Assembly: GCA_024679565.1 (NCBI GenBank)
Contig: JAIBDD010000006.1
Span: 24,177-88,176, forward strand
Origin: Bacteroidota bacterium
GTDB taxonomy: Bacteria; Bacteroidota; Bacteroidia; NS11-12g; UBA9320
Direction of reading: 5' to 3'
Length of the DNA: 64,000 nt
Below are positions 10,279 to 20,185 of the stretch, in pieces. A model generated the notes under the pieces. It was not told the origin of the DNA, searched no databases, and saw nothing but the letters and a program-made list of their open reading frames with translations. Position 1 is the first letter of the stretch. The number at the start of each line of letters is the position of its first letter. The translations under genes and the position numbers were made by a program.

Positions 10279-10704
10279 GTGATACGCAAAATTGAACACC
10301 TAGGTATAGCCGTTAAGTCAATAGAAAAGTCAAACGAGATAATCAGTAAATTGTTAGACTCATCTGCTTATAAAGAGGAGGCTGTAGGCTCAGAAAACGT
10401 GCTGACTTCGTTCTTTAGATTGGGTGAAACCAAGGTCGAGTTACTCGAAGCAACCTCAGAAGATAGTGCTATTGCCAAATTTATTGAGAAACGCGGTGAA
10501 GGCATACACCATATTGCACTAGATGTTTCAAACATTGAAGAAGAATTGCAACGGCTTAAGGATTTGGGTTTCAAACTCATTCACGACAAACCTAAAAAAG
10601 GTGCGGATGGCAAAAAGATTGCCTTTTTGCATCCGAAGTCTACCAATGGCATCTTGGTAGAGTTATGCGAGGATATAGATTCTAACGAGGCTGAAACAAA
10701 ATAG
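10279..10704 (+). CDS. mce: methylmalonyl-CoA epimerase (VOC/glyoxalase-family)
   Basis: 141 aa, sequence IEHLGIAV...GEGIHHIALDV...HPKSTNGILVEL, which is the typical Mce/glyoxalase fold signature. Confidence 0.7.
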   Translation: MIRKIEHLGIAVKSIEKSNEIISKLLDSSAYKEEAVGSENVLTSFFRLGETKVELLEATSEDSAIAKFIEKRGEGIHHIALDVSNIEEELQRLKDLGFKLIHDKPKKGADGKKIAFLHPKSTNGILVELCEDIDSNEAETK

Positions 10705-12289
10705 GTAATACAAACCGTGCCCGACTAAAATCGTTGAAATAAACGGCAGGTGCCCATTTAGGTAATTTGTTGAAGACGTGAATGGCGTAGGCATCTAAAA
10801 CCGAATTCGTGCTTGATGCAATTTTTAGATCTGAAAATTTTCCGTTTTTCTCTACGATAAAATCTAAGTAAACAATTCCAGGTTTAAGCTCAGTGTTCTG
10901 GCTCATGATGTCTGTTGTTAAACTATCCATTTTATGAAACAGTAGTTTATTGCCCACGGTGGATGTTGGACGAATCTTAAACTTTGTTAATTGGTCTAAT
11001 ACAGAACTGTCTTCGGCTCCCTCTGCGATTACAGAAATCACTTCCATATCTTGATCATCGTAGGGGTATAAATAGGCACCAAATAGCTTGATGTATATGT
11101 GAAAGTTTTCATACATCCATTGAGCACTATTGGTAAACTGTTCTTTGTTTATTCCGATTACGCGCCACCGATCTGTTCGCTGCAATACAACCTCGGCATC
11201 CGATTGCGTAAAAGTAGCTTTCGTATATTCAGGATTGAATTTGATGTGGGTATATTTTGAGCTGAATTGTACGCCAGTTAGCCGCATATGATTGGACTTG
11301 TACTGACCGATTTGTTTTTGGAATAAATAAACCAAAGCGCTGATTTGTGCACTCGTTCCCTTTTGCAGCTTGTTAGCATCTTTGTCAACAAGATATTGCA
11401 GCGTAAGTGAGTCGAAGGTGGCAATAGCTGTTTCAATGCCTTTCACTTGCAGAAGACGCTGTTTTTCCATCATTAATTCATCATAGGTAGAGCGAACCTT
11501 AGTTAAATCATTGACCTCAGTTATCAGCCAGACGTTGTCTTTTTTAATTAACTCAAAATCGGCACTGCCAGCAGTGGTGTATATTTCACATATGGCAGTT
11601 GAGTCGCTGGTGCGCTGTGTTTTCTCAAAATCACGAACCTTAAACTTCCTTTTAAAGTATTGTTGCTCCAAACTATCTACTACACGGTCTAACTTTAGCA
11701 AGTCGAAGTCTATCCCTACCGATAAAGGTTGCATTAAACGTATGTCGCCAGTTTGTGAAAAGTGAACGTACGCGTCAACAAATTTGGCCACTGCGCTGTC
11801 TATAGCTACGTTTAAAATTCTTTCGGTAGTGATGCTGTCTACAAGATTGGCGTACAGGTCATAATACTTCTGTTTGAACGGATTATTGTTAAACCCGAAA
11901 ACCTCATACCCGTCGGGTGTTTTTCTAACATCTAGCGCATAGATGAAGGTATCGCTGTTATGCATTTGGCACTGAAAGTGGTTGTCAATTTTTTTCGCAA
12001 CGGCAGCTTCAACAGGCAAATAGTGAAGTTGAATATCTTGTAGTTTGAAGTATTCTCGTCTTATTTTAAAAAAAGAATACAGCGTATCGCTTACCATGTG
12101 CTGAAACGTTGAACTTGAAGAATCGGCGTCAAAGTGTTTTTCTACAGCCGTAAAAGAATCACAGAATTCAAGTAACTCCAATTTGTCACTTTTTGTGAAA
12201 GACTGGGAGGAGGCGAAGGTGCTTATAGTCAAGAGCAATAGGCTATAAACGAGTTTAATCGAACGTGTAAATGGCTTTTTGGTGTTCAA
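10682..12289 (-). CDS. secreted hypothetical protein with a C-terminal TonB-C-like domain
   Basis: The track ORF is 10682..12358 with a TTG start. That start would overlap the divergent AI-2E gene start. An internal TTG at 12289 gives MNTKKPFTRSIKLVYSLLLLTISTFASS, a good signal peptide. The C-terminal ~80 aa (GIVYLDFIVEKNGKFSDLKIASS...LDAYAIHVFNKLPKWAPA) resemble the TonB_C fold. Confidence 0.55.
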   Translation of the reverse strand: MNTKKPFTRSIKLVYSLLLLTISTFASSQSFTKSDKLELLEFCDSFTAVEKHFDADSSSSTFQHMVSDTLYSFFKIRREYFKLQDIQLHYLPVEAAVAKKIDNHFQCQMHNSDTFIYALDVRKTPDGYEVFGFNNNPFKQKYYDLYANLVDSITTERILNVAIDSAVAKFVDAYVHFSQTGDIRLMQPLSVGIDFDLLKLDRVVDSLEQQYFKRKFKVRDFEKTQRTSDSTAICEIYTTAGSADFELIKKDNVWLITEVNDLTKVRSTYDELMMEKQRLLQVKGIETAIATFDSLTLQYLVDKDANKLQKGTSAQISALVYLFQKQIGQYKSNHMRLTGVQFSSKYTHIKFNPEYTKATFTQSDAEVVLQRTDRWRVIGINKEQFTNSAQWMYENFHIYIKLFGAYLYPYDDQDMEVISVIAEGAEDSSVLDQLTKFKIRPTSTVGNKLLFHKMDSLTTDIMSQNTELKPGIVYLDFIVEKNGKFSDLKIASSTNSVLDAYAIHVFNKLPKWAPAVYFNDFSRARFVLPILFQPR

Positions 12290-12348
12290 ATTATTCACAA
12301 ATGGGATGTAAACATAACTAAACCAAGTATGGCTATCTTTGGAGCAAG

Positions 12349-13440
12349 ATGAAGACAAATCAAATCGTTCGTTTCGTTCTTGGAATAGTTGGACTTATTA
12401 TTCTGGTGTGGTTTGCATGGCAAGTAAAACAAGTCTTTGTGTATTTCGCTGTTGCAATTGTTTTGGCCCTAATGGGGCGACCTTTAATGAGCAAACTTTC
12501 TCAAATAAAAATAAAAGGCCATAGTTTCCCGGATTGGGCTGGTGGGTTAATCGTGATTGTAACATACCTCGTAATCCTTTCGCTTTTCTTCAAATTTTTA
12601 ATTCCAATATTGGCCCAGCAAATTGATATCATCGTCAATCTCGATGTGGAGCTACTTCTTCAAGAGTTTAGTGGGCCACTGGCAAGCCTCGAAGCTTGGT
12701 TTAAAGACATGAACATCAAAGGGATTAATCGAGAAACAATTCAAAATGAATTGGTAGGCTATCTCAATTTCAATTCTGTTTCAAGTGCTTTCGAGAATAT
12801 TTTGTCTGGGTTGGGCACTGTTCTCGTGGCCTTTATGAGTATACTTTTTATCACCTTCTTTTTGCTTAAAGACAAAAACATCGTTAACAATATCATCGAT
12901 ACGGTAACCCCCGACAAATACCTAAAAAGCATACATAATGTATTATCCGATACAAAAGACTTGCTTACCAGATATTTCATAGGTGTAGCCATTCAGGTAT
13001 CCATAATTACGACAATAGTGAGTGTAGGGTTGTCGATATTTAATGTGCCTAATGCGCTTTTGATTGGATTCCTTGCAGGGTTAATCAATATCATACCTTA
13101 CATCGGCCCGATCATAGGAGCCACATTTGGGATCTCATTAAGTTTATTGTCGTACGTCCATATGGATTTAGGCATGGATTTAGGACCGCTTATTTTGAAG
13201 ATTCTATCGGTATTTGCTGTAGCTCAGCTGACCGATAACTTTGTGTTGCAACCACTCATTTTTTCGAAGAGTGTAAAAGCCCATCCACTCGAAATATTTG
13301 TGGTGATTATGGCAGCTGGGATGATCGCCGGAGTTTTAGGGATGATTCTTGCCGTACCAACATATACCTTTTTGCGTATCGTTGGTAAAGAGTTTTTTCA
13401 AGGATATAAGGTGGTGCAAGGCCTTACCAAAGATCTTTAG
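12349..13440 (+). CDS. AI-2E family transporter (PerM/YhhT-like permease)
   Basis: 363 aa, about 8 TM. Loop motifs and overall architecture are typical of AI-2E/UPF0118 permeases. Confidence 0.75.
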   Translation: MKTNQIVRFVLGIVGLIILVWFAWQVKQVFVYFAVAIVLALMGRPLMSKLSQIKIKGHSFPDWAGGLIVIVTYLVILSLFFKFLIPILAQQIDIIVNLDVELLLQEFSGPLASLEAWFKDMNIKGINRETIQNELVGYLNFNSVSSAFENILSGLGTVLVAFMSILFITFFLLKDKNIVNNIIDTVTPDKYLKSIHNVLSDTKDLLTRYFIGVAIQVSIITTIVSVGLSIFNVPNALLIGFLAGLINIIPYIGPIIGATFGISLSLLSYVHMDLGMDLGPLILKILSVFAVAQLTDNFVLQPLIFSKSVKAHPLEIFVVIMAAGMIAGVLGMILAVPTYTFLRIVGKEFFQGYKVVQGLTKDL

Positions 13441-14573
13441 TCGGGTAGCACCCCATATTGTTTTAAACGCAAATTGAAAGACTGAATCATAGTTCCAGAG
13501 GTTTCAAACTTCTGGTCTAGTTGTCTGTAGGGCGTGAAGTAGGGGAAAGGATCATTCAAACGATTCATTTCTGAATCAAACACAAAAATGCCCCATTTAA
13601 CTTGCCCGTTTTCCGAGAGAAACAATTCATCTATTTTAGCATAATACACCTCGTATTCGGACGTATTAAAGATTTCTGTGCTGTCATCCGTTAGAATACG
13701 AATGTTATCACTTTCCGTCGAAAGTAGTGAGTCAGTGGTGACTACAAATGAACCAAAGTTGTAATTTGTATGTATCGCGTTCCAGATATTATTTAACTTT
13801 TCTATGCGCAAAGCGTCTTTCTCTTGAGCGGATTTGTTGTTAAACAAACTTGCTTTTTTTGAGTCATTGGTGCCAATCACAAAAACGAGCAATCCGTTTC
13901 CATCCGTGCCTAAAGCTTGTACTTGCTTATTTGCGATGGTCGCCGCATCCACCAAGTCTTTGTTTTTATTCTTTATGCGTTCCGAATTTAACAACTCATT
14001 AAATCTTACTTGTATGCCAAATTGCAAATAGTCTATTTGTCCTTCAACCCCACTAGAAGTTTGTTTCCCGCTAAGAAAGTCCATGTAATTTATGGTTAGT
14101 CGTGTACCTGGGTTTAGATCTAAACCAACACCCAATTGGATTCCATAATCAAATGGGTTGTCTTGTATTTGGGTATTTCGTATCGGTTGTTTGAATCCGC
14201 TTAAGTAACGTTCGTCATATTGAAAATTGAAGGTGGTGATAATACCATAATTTAGAAATGTTTGACGGCCGGCATCCAACGGATGAAGCACCAACAAAGA
14301 CGCATCTATCGCATTGGATATTCCTGTATAATTCGAGAAATCATCGAAAAAGCGCGTTTGGGTGTACGCCTGGTTAAACTGCAAACTGAACTTTTCAAAT
14401 TTGCGCTCTAGCATCAGGCCAGCTCCAAAACCAGCTTTGTTGGTTAAGGTGTCGGACGAAACTGGTTTTATGAACGACGTATTGAAGTTAAAGTTAAGGC
14501 CATATTCCCATTTACTCTGCCCGAAAACAAGAGTTGAAAAAAGGATGAATAAAACGGAAAGCTGTGCGCGCAT
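13437..14573 (-). CDS. hypothetical outer-membrane protein: N-terminal small beta-barrel-like domain plus a C-terminal domain of unknown function
   Basis: 378 aa with a signal peptide (MRAQLSVLFILFSTLVFGQS). The first ~190 aa show the alternating amphipathic pattern of OmpA-like or porin barrels. Confidence 0.4.
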   Translation of the reverse strand: MRAQLSVLFILFSTLVFGQSKWEYGLNFNFNTSFIKPVSSDTLTNKAGFGAGLMLERKFEKFSLQFNQAYTQTRFFDDFSNYTGISNAIDASLLVLHPLDAGRQTFLNYGIITTFNFQYDERYLSGFKQPIRNTQIQDNPFDYGIQLGVGLDLNPGTRLTINYMDFLSGKQTSSGVEGQIDYLQFGIQVRFNELLNSERIKNKNKDLVDAATIANKQVQALGTDGNGLLVFVIGTNDSKKASLFNNKSAQEKDALRIEKLNNIWNAIHTNYNFGSFVVTTDSLLSTESDNIRILTDDSTEIFNTSEYEVYYAKIDELFLSENGQVKWGIFVFDSEMNRLNDPFPYFTPYRQLDQKFETSGTMIQSFNLRLKQYGVLPD

Positions 14574-14646
14574 TAGGCAAAGGTGTATTTAATGATTGAT
14601 GGGTCTTATATTATTTTACAACCGACTTAGCTCGATTGACAACCGA

Positions 14647-16182
14647 TTAAATGTCAAACTTAATACCCTGTGCTAATGGCATTGTGACGCCATAATTCAC
14701 AGTATTTGTTTGTCTGCGCATGTAATTTTTCCAGGCATCTGAGCCCGATTCTCTTCCGCCGCCAGTTTCCTTTTCTCCACCGAACGCTCCACCAATTTCT
14801 GCACCACTGGTGCCGATATTGATGTTGGCAATTCCGCAATCAGAACCTTCATTGCTTAGGAAGTATTCCGTTTCTAAAACACTGTCGCTAAAGATAGCAG
14901 AACTCAATCCTTGCTTTACATCATTTTGCATAGCAACTGCTTCTTCAATCCGATCATATTTCATAAGATACAGTATCGGTGCAAAGGTTTCTGCTTGAAC
15001 GATGGCTAAGTGGTTTGGAGCTTCAGCCAAAGTTGGTTCCACATAGCAACCTGATTTGTATTCTTCGCCTTCAAGCACATTGCCTCCGTAAATGACACGT
15101 CCACCTTGGTTCTCCAACTCTGTAATCGCATCTAAGTAAGATTGCACTGCTTGTTTATCAATAAGTGGCCCCATGTGGTTTTTTTCGTCTAAAGGACTTC
15201 CAATAACTACCTGTTTGTAGGCATTTACCAACATGGATTTAAACTTATCATACACTTCACTATGTATAATTACACGACGTGTAGACGTACATCTTTGACC
15301 GCATGTTCCAACACTGCCAAATACGACAGCCCGTAAGGCATTTTGTAAATCACCTTTATTACTAACGATAACAGCATTGTTTCCGCCAAGTTCTAATAAT
15401 GATCGCCCAAGTCGCGCACCTACCAATTGACCAACGCGTTTACCCATTCGGGTACTTCCTGTCGCAGAGATTAAAGGAATACGTGTATCAAGGGCCATTT
15501 TTTCACCCAAGGTGTAATCTCCAATAAGCAAGTTAAAGATGCCTTCAGGTAATTCGTTTTCGATTAATACCTCAGAAATGATATGTTGACAAGCAATGGC
15601 TGACAAAGGTGCTTTCTCGGATGGTTTCCAGATAACAACGTCACCACAAACTGCTGCTATCGCAGCATTCCAACACCACACGGCAACCGGAAAATTAAAA
15701 GCAGAAATAACGCCGACAACCCCAAGTGGGTGCCATTGTTCCATCATTCTATGATTTGGTCTTTCGCTCTGTATGGTTAACCCATAGAGTTGTCTTGAAA
15801 GCCCAACGGCAAAGTCACAGATGTCGATCATCTCTTGAACCTCACCCATTCCTTCTTGCAAACTTTTACCTGTTTCGTAGCTAACCAAATAACCAAGCTC
15901 GCGCTTTTTGATTCGTAATTTGTTGCCAAGCTTACGCACAAAGTTTCCGCGATTTGGAGCTGGGATGTCTCGCCACATGGTGGCAGCTTCTTCCGCTTTT
16001 TTAATAACGTGGTTATATTCTGATTCAGTTGCAAATACTACAGATGCAACCTTTTCACCATCTACAGGTGATATGATGTCTTGGGTGTGAGATCCTACAG
16101 GAGTAATCCATAATTGACCAGTACTAGTGCTCTCGTTGATCTCTTTTAAACCGAGATTCTCTATAACTTTTTTAATCTTCAA
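14647..16182 (-). CDS. aldehyde dehydrogenase, ALDH7 family (alpha-aminoadipic semialdehyde / piperideine-6-carboxylate dehydrogenase-like)
   Basis: 511 aa. Has the ALDH catalytic motifs LELGGNNA and GQRC. The segments VIWKPSEKAPLSAIA and FGSVGTCGQRCTSTRR are close to the antiquitin (ALDH7) type. Confidence 0.75.
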   Translation of the reverse strand: MKIKKVIENLGLKEINESTSTGQLWITPVGSHTQDIISPVDGEKVASVVFATESEYNHVIKKAEEAATMWRDIPAPNRGNFVRKLGNKLRIKKRELGYLVSYETGKSLQEGMGEVQEMIDICDFAVGLSRQLYGLTIQSERPNHRMMEQWHPLGVVGVISAFNFPVAVWCWNAAIAAVCGDVVIWKPSEKAPLSAIACQHIISEVLIENELPEGIFNLLIGDYTLGEKMALDTRIPLISATGSTRMGKRVGQLVGARLGRSLLELGGNNAVIVSNKGDLQNALRAVVFGSVGTCGQRCTSTRRVIIHSEVYDKFKSMLVNAYKQVVIGSPLDEKNHMGPLIDKQAVQSYLDAITELENQGGRVIYGGNVLEGEEYKSGCYVEPTLAEAPNHLAIVQAETFAPILYLMKYDRIEEAVAMQNDVKQGLSSAIFSDSVLETEYFLSNEGSDCGIANINIGTSGAEIGGAFGGEKETGGGRESGSDAWKNYMRRQTNTVNYGVTMPLAQGIKFDI

Positions 16183-16318
16183 TGTTCTATATTATTGCGT
16201 TTACAAAGGATAGGAAACGTTCAAAGATAACGTCAACCGATTGGTTTTGCCAACGATACTTTAGCCTTGTGCATATCTCAGTACACGTTAGTTTTAAAGC
16301 ACTACTTTATTTTGTGGG

Positions 16319-18163
16319 GTGAAAAAAGGGAAACAAATAGGTTTCATAATTCTAGCATCGGTTATGATGCTTGCTTTATTGTATACATGTAATAAATCAG
16401 ACAAATTTGATAACTCTAGCCGGGTTGTAACTGCCGATTCTGTTGTTACAAACAAAGAAGAAGCCGTTGTCAAAAAGGAAGAGGACGTCGTGGTTGATGA
16501 GCCAATTGAAGCTGACGAGCCTGAAGAACTTGAAGAGGTTGATTCAGAAACCGTTACAAAAAAAGTGAAATCTTCAGGGTACTATGTGGCTCCTTTGGAC
16601 GGGCCCATATTGCTTTCTGGAACATTTGGTGAGCTACGGAACAATCACTTTCATGCCGGCCTAGACATTCGAACCGGAGGCGTCCAAGGCAAGTCGATAA
16701 AAGCGGCAGCCGGTGGTTATGTGTCAAGAATTAAAGTGTCTAGTCGAGGATATGGCAAGGCGCTGTACATCCAACATCCAAACGGAACGACTACCGTTTA
16801 CGGGCATTTGAAAAAATATTCTGGGGCTATTCAGGATGCCGTGATTGCAAAACAATATGCGCTTAAGAAGTATGAATTTGACTGGTATGTGCCCGCGGGT
16901 AAACTTAAGGTAACCAAAGGGCAAGAGGTGGCATTAAGCGGCAATACTGGAGGGTCTGGTGGGCCACATCTTCATTTTGAGATTCGAGATCGGAAAGGCA
17001 ATACGGTGAATCCTTTACTTCATGGATTGCAAGTCGAAGACAAAATCGCCCCATTCGTTAAAAGTGCTAAGCTGTATCGTTTAGATTACAACCGGTATGA
17101 AACACATGGCATATTTGCTAATGGTCCTGTCAAGAAAAACGATACGACTGTTGTGCCTCCTGGCACGTATGGAGTTGGTGTAAGTTGGGTAGATTATTTT
17201 ACCGACAAATTGAATCGTCTCGGCATTAACTATGCTGAAATTATGGTGGATGGGAAAAAGATATTTACCCAAACCATCGAAGACTTTGCATTTTCACAAG
17301 GACGTTATATTAACAAACACATAGACTACTGGACGTATAGCCAAAGAGGCGTGAGATATGTGAAGATGTTCAAAGACAAAGGAAATCGATTGCATTTTTA
17401 CAAGGGCAATGGTTCAATACAGGTTGAAAGCAACAGCACCATAAGAATTGATGTTAAGGCATACGACTACAACAAAGGCACTTCTACATTAACATTTTTT
17501 GTAAAGGGAAAAGAGGGGGCTTCACCACTCGTGAATGGAGGAAACAATAAACCTGGATCTCAACGTTGTATGCCAAATAAAACCAACACGCTTACGAGTG
17601 AAAACGCAACAGTAGTTATCCCAAAGGGTAGCTTATACAACGCGACCTATATGGGGTTAACCGAAACTAAGCAAACGGGGAAGTCTATATCGCCAATGGT
17701 TCGCGTAAATCATGCTCACGTTCCTTTGCATAAATCGGCAACGATAAAGATCAAGATACCAGCCGCCTATTCGAGCAAAAAGAATAGTCTTGTTATGCTA
17801 TCGTACAACAAGTCATCTAAGTCTTCGTCTTATGAAGGAGGCAAGGTGTCAGGGAACTATATCGTGGAAACTTCGAAGTCGTTGGGGATGTATTACCTAG
17901 CACTAGACACTATCGGCCCAAAAATTACTCCTTTACGTGTAAATCAATACTTAAGTTTTCGGGTGGTCGATTTAACCAGTGATATTAGCATGTATAACTG
18001 TTATGTGGATGGCACGTGGGTACTGTTAGAATATGAGCCCAAATCGAATAAACTGTTCGGTAATTTGCCAAAATCGTATGCCAAGGGAAACCATTCTTTA
18101 GAGTTGCGTGTTACAGATGGTGGTGGAAACACTACCGTGTATAAAAAGAAGATTACAATATAA
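16319..18163 (+). CDS. M23-family (LytM-type) metallopeptidase lipoprotein with a large C-terminal extension
   Basis: 614 aa with a GTG start and lipoprotein signal. An acidic low-complexity linker is followed by M23 motifs HFHAGLDI...GNTGGSGGPHLHFEIRD. Confidence 0.8.
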   Translation: MKKGKQIGFIILASVMMLALLYTCNKSDKFDNSSRVVTADSVVTNKEEAVVKKEEDVVVDEPIEADEPEELEEVDSETVTKKVKSSGYYVAPLDGPILLSGTFGELRNNHFHAGLDIRTGGVQGKSIKAAAGGYVSRIKVSSRGYGKALYIQHPNGTTTVYGHLKKYSGAIQDAVIAKQYALKKYEFDWYVPAGKLKVTKGQEVALSGNTGGSGGPHLHFEIRDRKGNTVNPLLHGLQVEDKIAPFVKSAKLYRLDYNRYETHGIFANGPVKKNDTTVVPPGTYGVGVSWVDYFTDKLNRLGINYAEIMVDGKKIFTQTIEDFAFSQGRYINKHIDYWTYSQRGVRYVKMFKDKGNRLHFYKGNGSIQVESNSTIRIDVKAYDYNKGTSTLTFFVKGKEGASPLVNGGNNKPGSQRCMPNKTNTLTSENATVVIPKGSLYNATYMGLTETKQTGKSISPMVRVNHAHVPLHKSATIKIKIPAAYSSKKNSLVMLSYNKSSKSSSYEGGKVSGNYIVETSKSLGMYYLALDTIGPKITPLRVNQYLSFRVVDLTSDISMYNCYVDGTWVLLEYEPKSNKLFGNLPKSYAKGNHSLELRVTDGGGNTTVYKKKITI

Positions 18164-18615
18164 TGAGTACAGTAAAGATTGGAGATAAAATTCCAGAGTT
18201 CAAAACAGTTGATCAGAATGAAAAAGACGTGAGTCGGCAAGATTTTCTTGGCAGCAAAAGCGTTTTATATTTTTACCCCAAAGACGACACCCCTACATGC
18301 ACGAATCAAGCTTGTAATTTGCGCGATAATTACGAGCAATTGATACAGGCTGGTTATAAGGTTTTTGGTATTAGTCCTGATAAAGCGGCAAAGCATCAAA
18401 AGTTTATCAAAAAGTATGCGCTTCCATTCGACCTATTGGTAGACGAAGATCATGCCATCGCAAATGCATTTGGCGTGTGGGGCGAGAAAACCACTTTTGG
18501 TAAAACGTACATGGGCATCAAGCGCACTACTTTCGTCATGGACGAAGAAGGTGTTGTTACAGAAATCATTGCGAAAGTGAAAGCAAAGGAGCACACAGAA
18601 CAGATTTTAGGGTAA
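18163..18615 (+). CDS. bcp: thioredoxin-dependent peroxiredoxin Bcp (PrxQ)
   Basis: 150 aa with a PTCTNQAC peroxidatic Cys motif. Its ATG overlaps the stop of the M23 gene (TAATG). Confidence 0.85.
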   Translation: MSTVKIGDKIPEFKTVDQNEKDVSRQDFLGSKSVLYFYPKDDTPTCTNQACNLRDNYEQLIQAGYKVFGISPDKAAKHQKFIKKYALPFDLLVDEDHAIANAFGVWGEKTTFGKTYMGIKRTTFVMDEEGVVTEIIAKVKAKEHTEQILG

Positions 18616-18704
18616 AGCCCCAGAACTCTTCCATGTATTTATTTATGGCCAAGCCCGATACCTTTTAGGATATTGGCGCGTTCTTTGTTGCACGAACACA
18701 TGAT

Positions 18705-19487
18705 ATGAAAACCAAAGCAGAAATCGTAGAAAACTGGCTTCCTAGGTATACCGGTACCCCATTAAAAAATTTTGGGTCATACATCTTATTGACCAATTTT
18801 ATTGGGTACGTTAACATATTTAGCGAGAAATATGGAGTCGATATTGAAGGTATGGATAAGGCCATGCAAACGGCCACGCATAACAATATCACCATTATTA
18901 ATTTTGGAATGGGAAGTGCCATGGCAGCAACGGTCATGGACTTACTTTCAGCCATAAAACCAAGGGCGGTATTGTTTTTGGGTAAATGTGGTGGCTTGAA
19001 ACGTAAAACAGCATTGGGTGATTTTATCATTCCGATGGCTGCTATTCGTGGAGAAGGAACCAGTAATGAATATTTGCCTGAAGAAGTGCCTGCCCTTCCG
19101 TCGTTTCGATTGCAGCGTACAATTTCGTCGGCCATGCAAGAATTCGAGACAGACTACTGGACTGGGGTCATCTTTACTACTAACCGAAGAGTTTGGGAAC
19201 ATGATGAGAAGTTTAAAGAGCGGCTAATTGAGGCACGTGCCATCGGTATCGACATGGAAACGGCTACGTTGTTTACGGCAGGTTTTGCAAACAAAATACC
19301 ACGAGGAGCACTTTTATTGGTGAGTGATAATCCGATGATACCAAGTGGTGTAAAAACAGATGAAAGTGATAAATCCGTTACTTCTCAGTTTGTAGAGTTA
19401 CATGTTAATATTGGCATAAGGGCCTTGGAAGAATTGCGTGACTCGGGGAGTAGCGTAAAGCATATGCGATTTGATCACAGACCATAA
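18705..19487 (+). CDS. amn: AMP nucleosidase (short PNP/MTAP-fold form)
   Basis: 260 aa. The sequence FGMGSAMAATVMDLL...GKCGGL...IDMETATLF is the nucleoside phosphorylase-I fold signature of the short Bacteroidota Amn type. Confidence 0.65.
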   Translation: MKTKAEIVENWLPRYTGTPLKNFGSYILLTNFIGYVNIFSEKYGVDIEGMDKAMQTATHNNITIINFGMGSAMAATVMDLLSAIKPRAVLFLGKCGGLKRKTALGDFIIPMAAIRGEGTSNEYLPEEVPALPSFRLQRTISSAMQEFETDYWTGVIFTTNRRVWEHDEKFKERLIEARAIGIDMETATLFTAGFANKIPRGALLLVSDNPMIPSGVKTDESDKSVTSQFVELHVNIGIRALEELRDSGSSVKHMRFDHRP

Positions 19488-19533
19488 GTACACTGGTCCA
19501 TTCTCGATTTCGAGGAAATTATAAAAAAGAAAA

Positions 19534-20178
19534 ATGAGTGAAAATTCAATAAAAATAGATGTTGTGTCGGATGTTGCCTGTCCTTGGTGTTATGTTGGCA
19601 AGCGAAGGCTGGAAGAGGCCTTAATACAATGGAAAGGAACACCAATCGAGGTGACGTGGCATCCATTCCAATTGGACCCATCCATGCGTGCGGAGGGGAT
19701 GAATCGTGATACCTACTTAACGAGTAAGTTTGGAAGTGTAGACCGAGTAGGAGAGATGACGGACCGATTAACGGAGGTTGGTAAAACGGTTGGAATCGAT
19801 TTTGATTTTGGCGACAACTGGTTGGCCGTAAATACACTTAAACTACATCAGTTGTTACATGTGGCGAGGGAAGAAGGTTTTGGAGCCGAATTGAAAGAGC
19901 GATTTTTATCGGCCTATTTTCAAGAAACACAGCACTTGAATAAACTAGAAGCACTTTACGCCATTGCTGATGATTTTGGTTGGAGTAATGAAAAAGTTGA
20001 CGCTATAATTAATGATCAGGAGATCGCCGATAAGGTAACCGCAGAAATGCTGCATTATCAGCAACGTGGTGTTTCTGGAGTGCCATTCTTCGTTATAAAC
20101 GACAAATACGGAATTAATGGAGCACAGCCTTTTGAAGCTTTTTTAGAAGCGTTTCAGACTGTTGCTGCTGAAAGTTAG
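19534..20178 (+). CDS. DsbA-family dithiol oxidoreductase (FrnE-like)
   Basis: 214 aa with an N-terminal DVACPWCY CxxC motif and a thioredoxin-like fold. Confidence 0.8.
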   Translation: MSENSIKIDVVSDVACPWCYVGKRRLEEALIQWKGTPIEVTWHPFQLDPSMRAEGMNRDTYLTSKFGSVDRVGEMTDRLTEVGKTVGIDFDFGDNWLAVNTLKLHQLLHVAREEGFGAELKERFLSAYFQETQHLNKLEALYAIADDFGWSNEKVDAIINDQEIADKVTAEMLHYQQRGVSGVPFFVINDKYGINGAQPFEAFLEAFQTVAAES

Positions 20179-20185
20179 TTGAGCT

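Noticed and set aside
18665-19135. 156-aa minus-strand ORF, and many other 60-140-aa ORFs in the track, lying wholly inside and antisense to (or out of frame with) well-supported genes. Examples: 1009-1227, 2322-2630, 4196-4712, 9375-9575, 19475-19837, 28530-28954, 38509-38726, 59702-60179.
   Set aside because: Each overlaps a gene with strong motif-level support on the other strand or frame. None has motifs or a plausible start context. They are treated as chance ORFs in AT-rich sequence.
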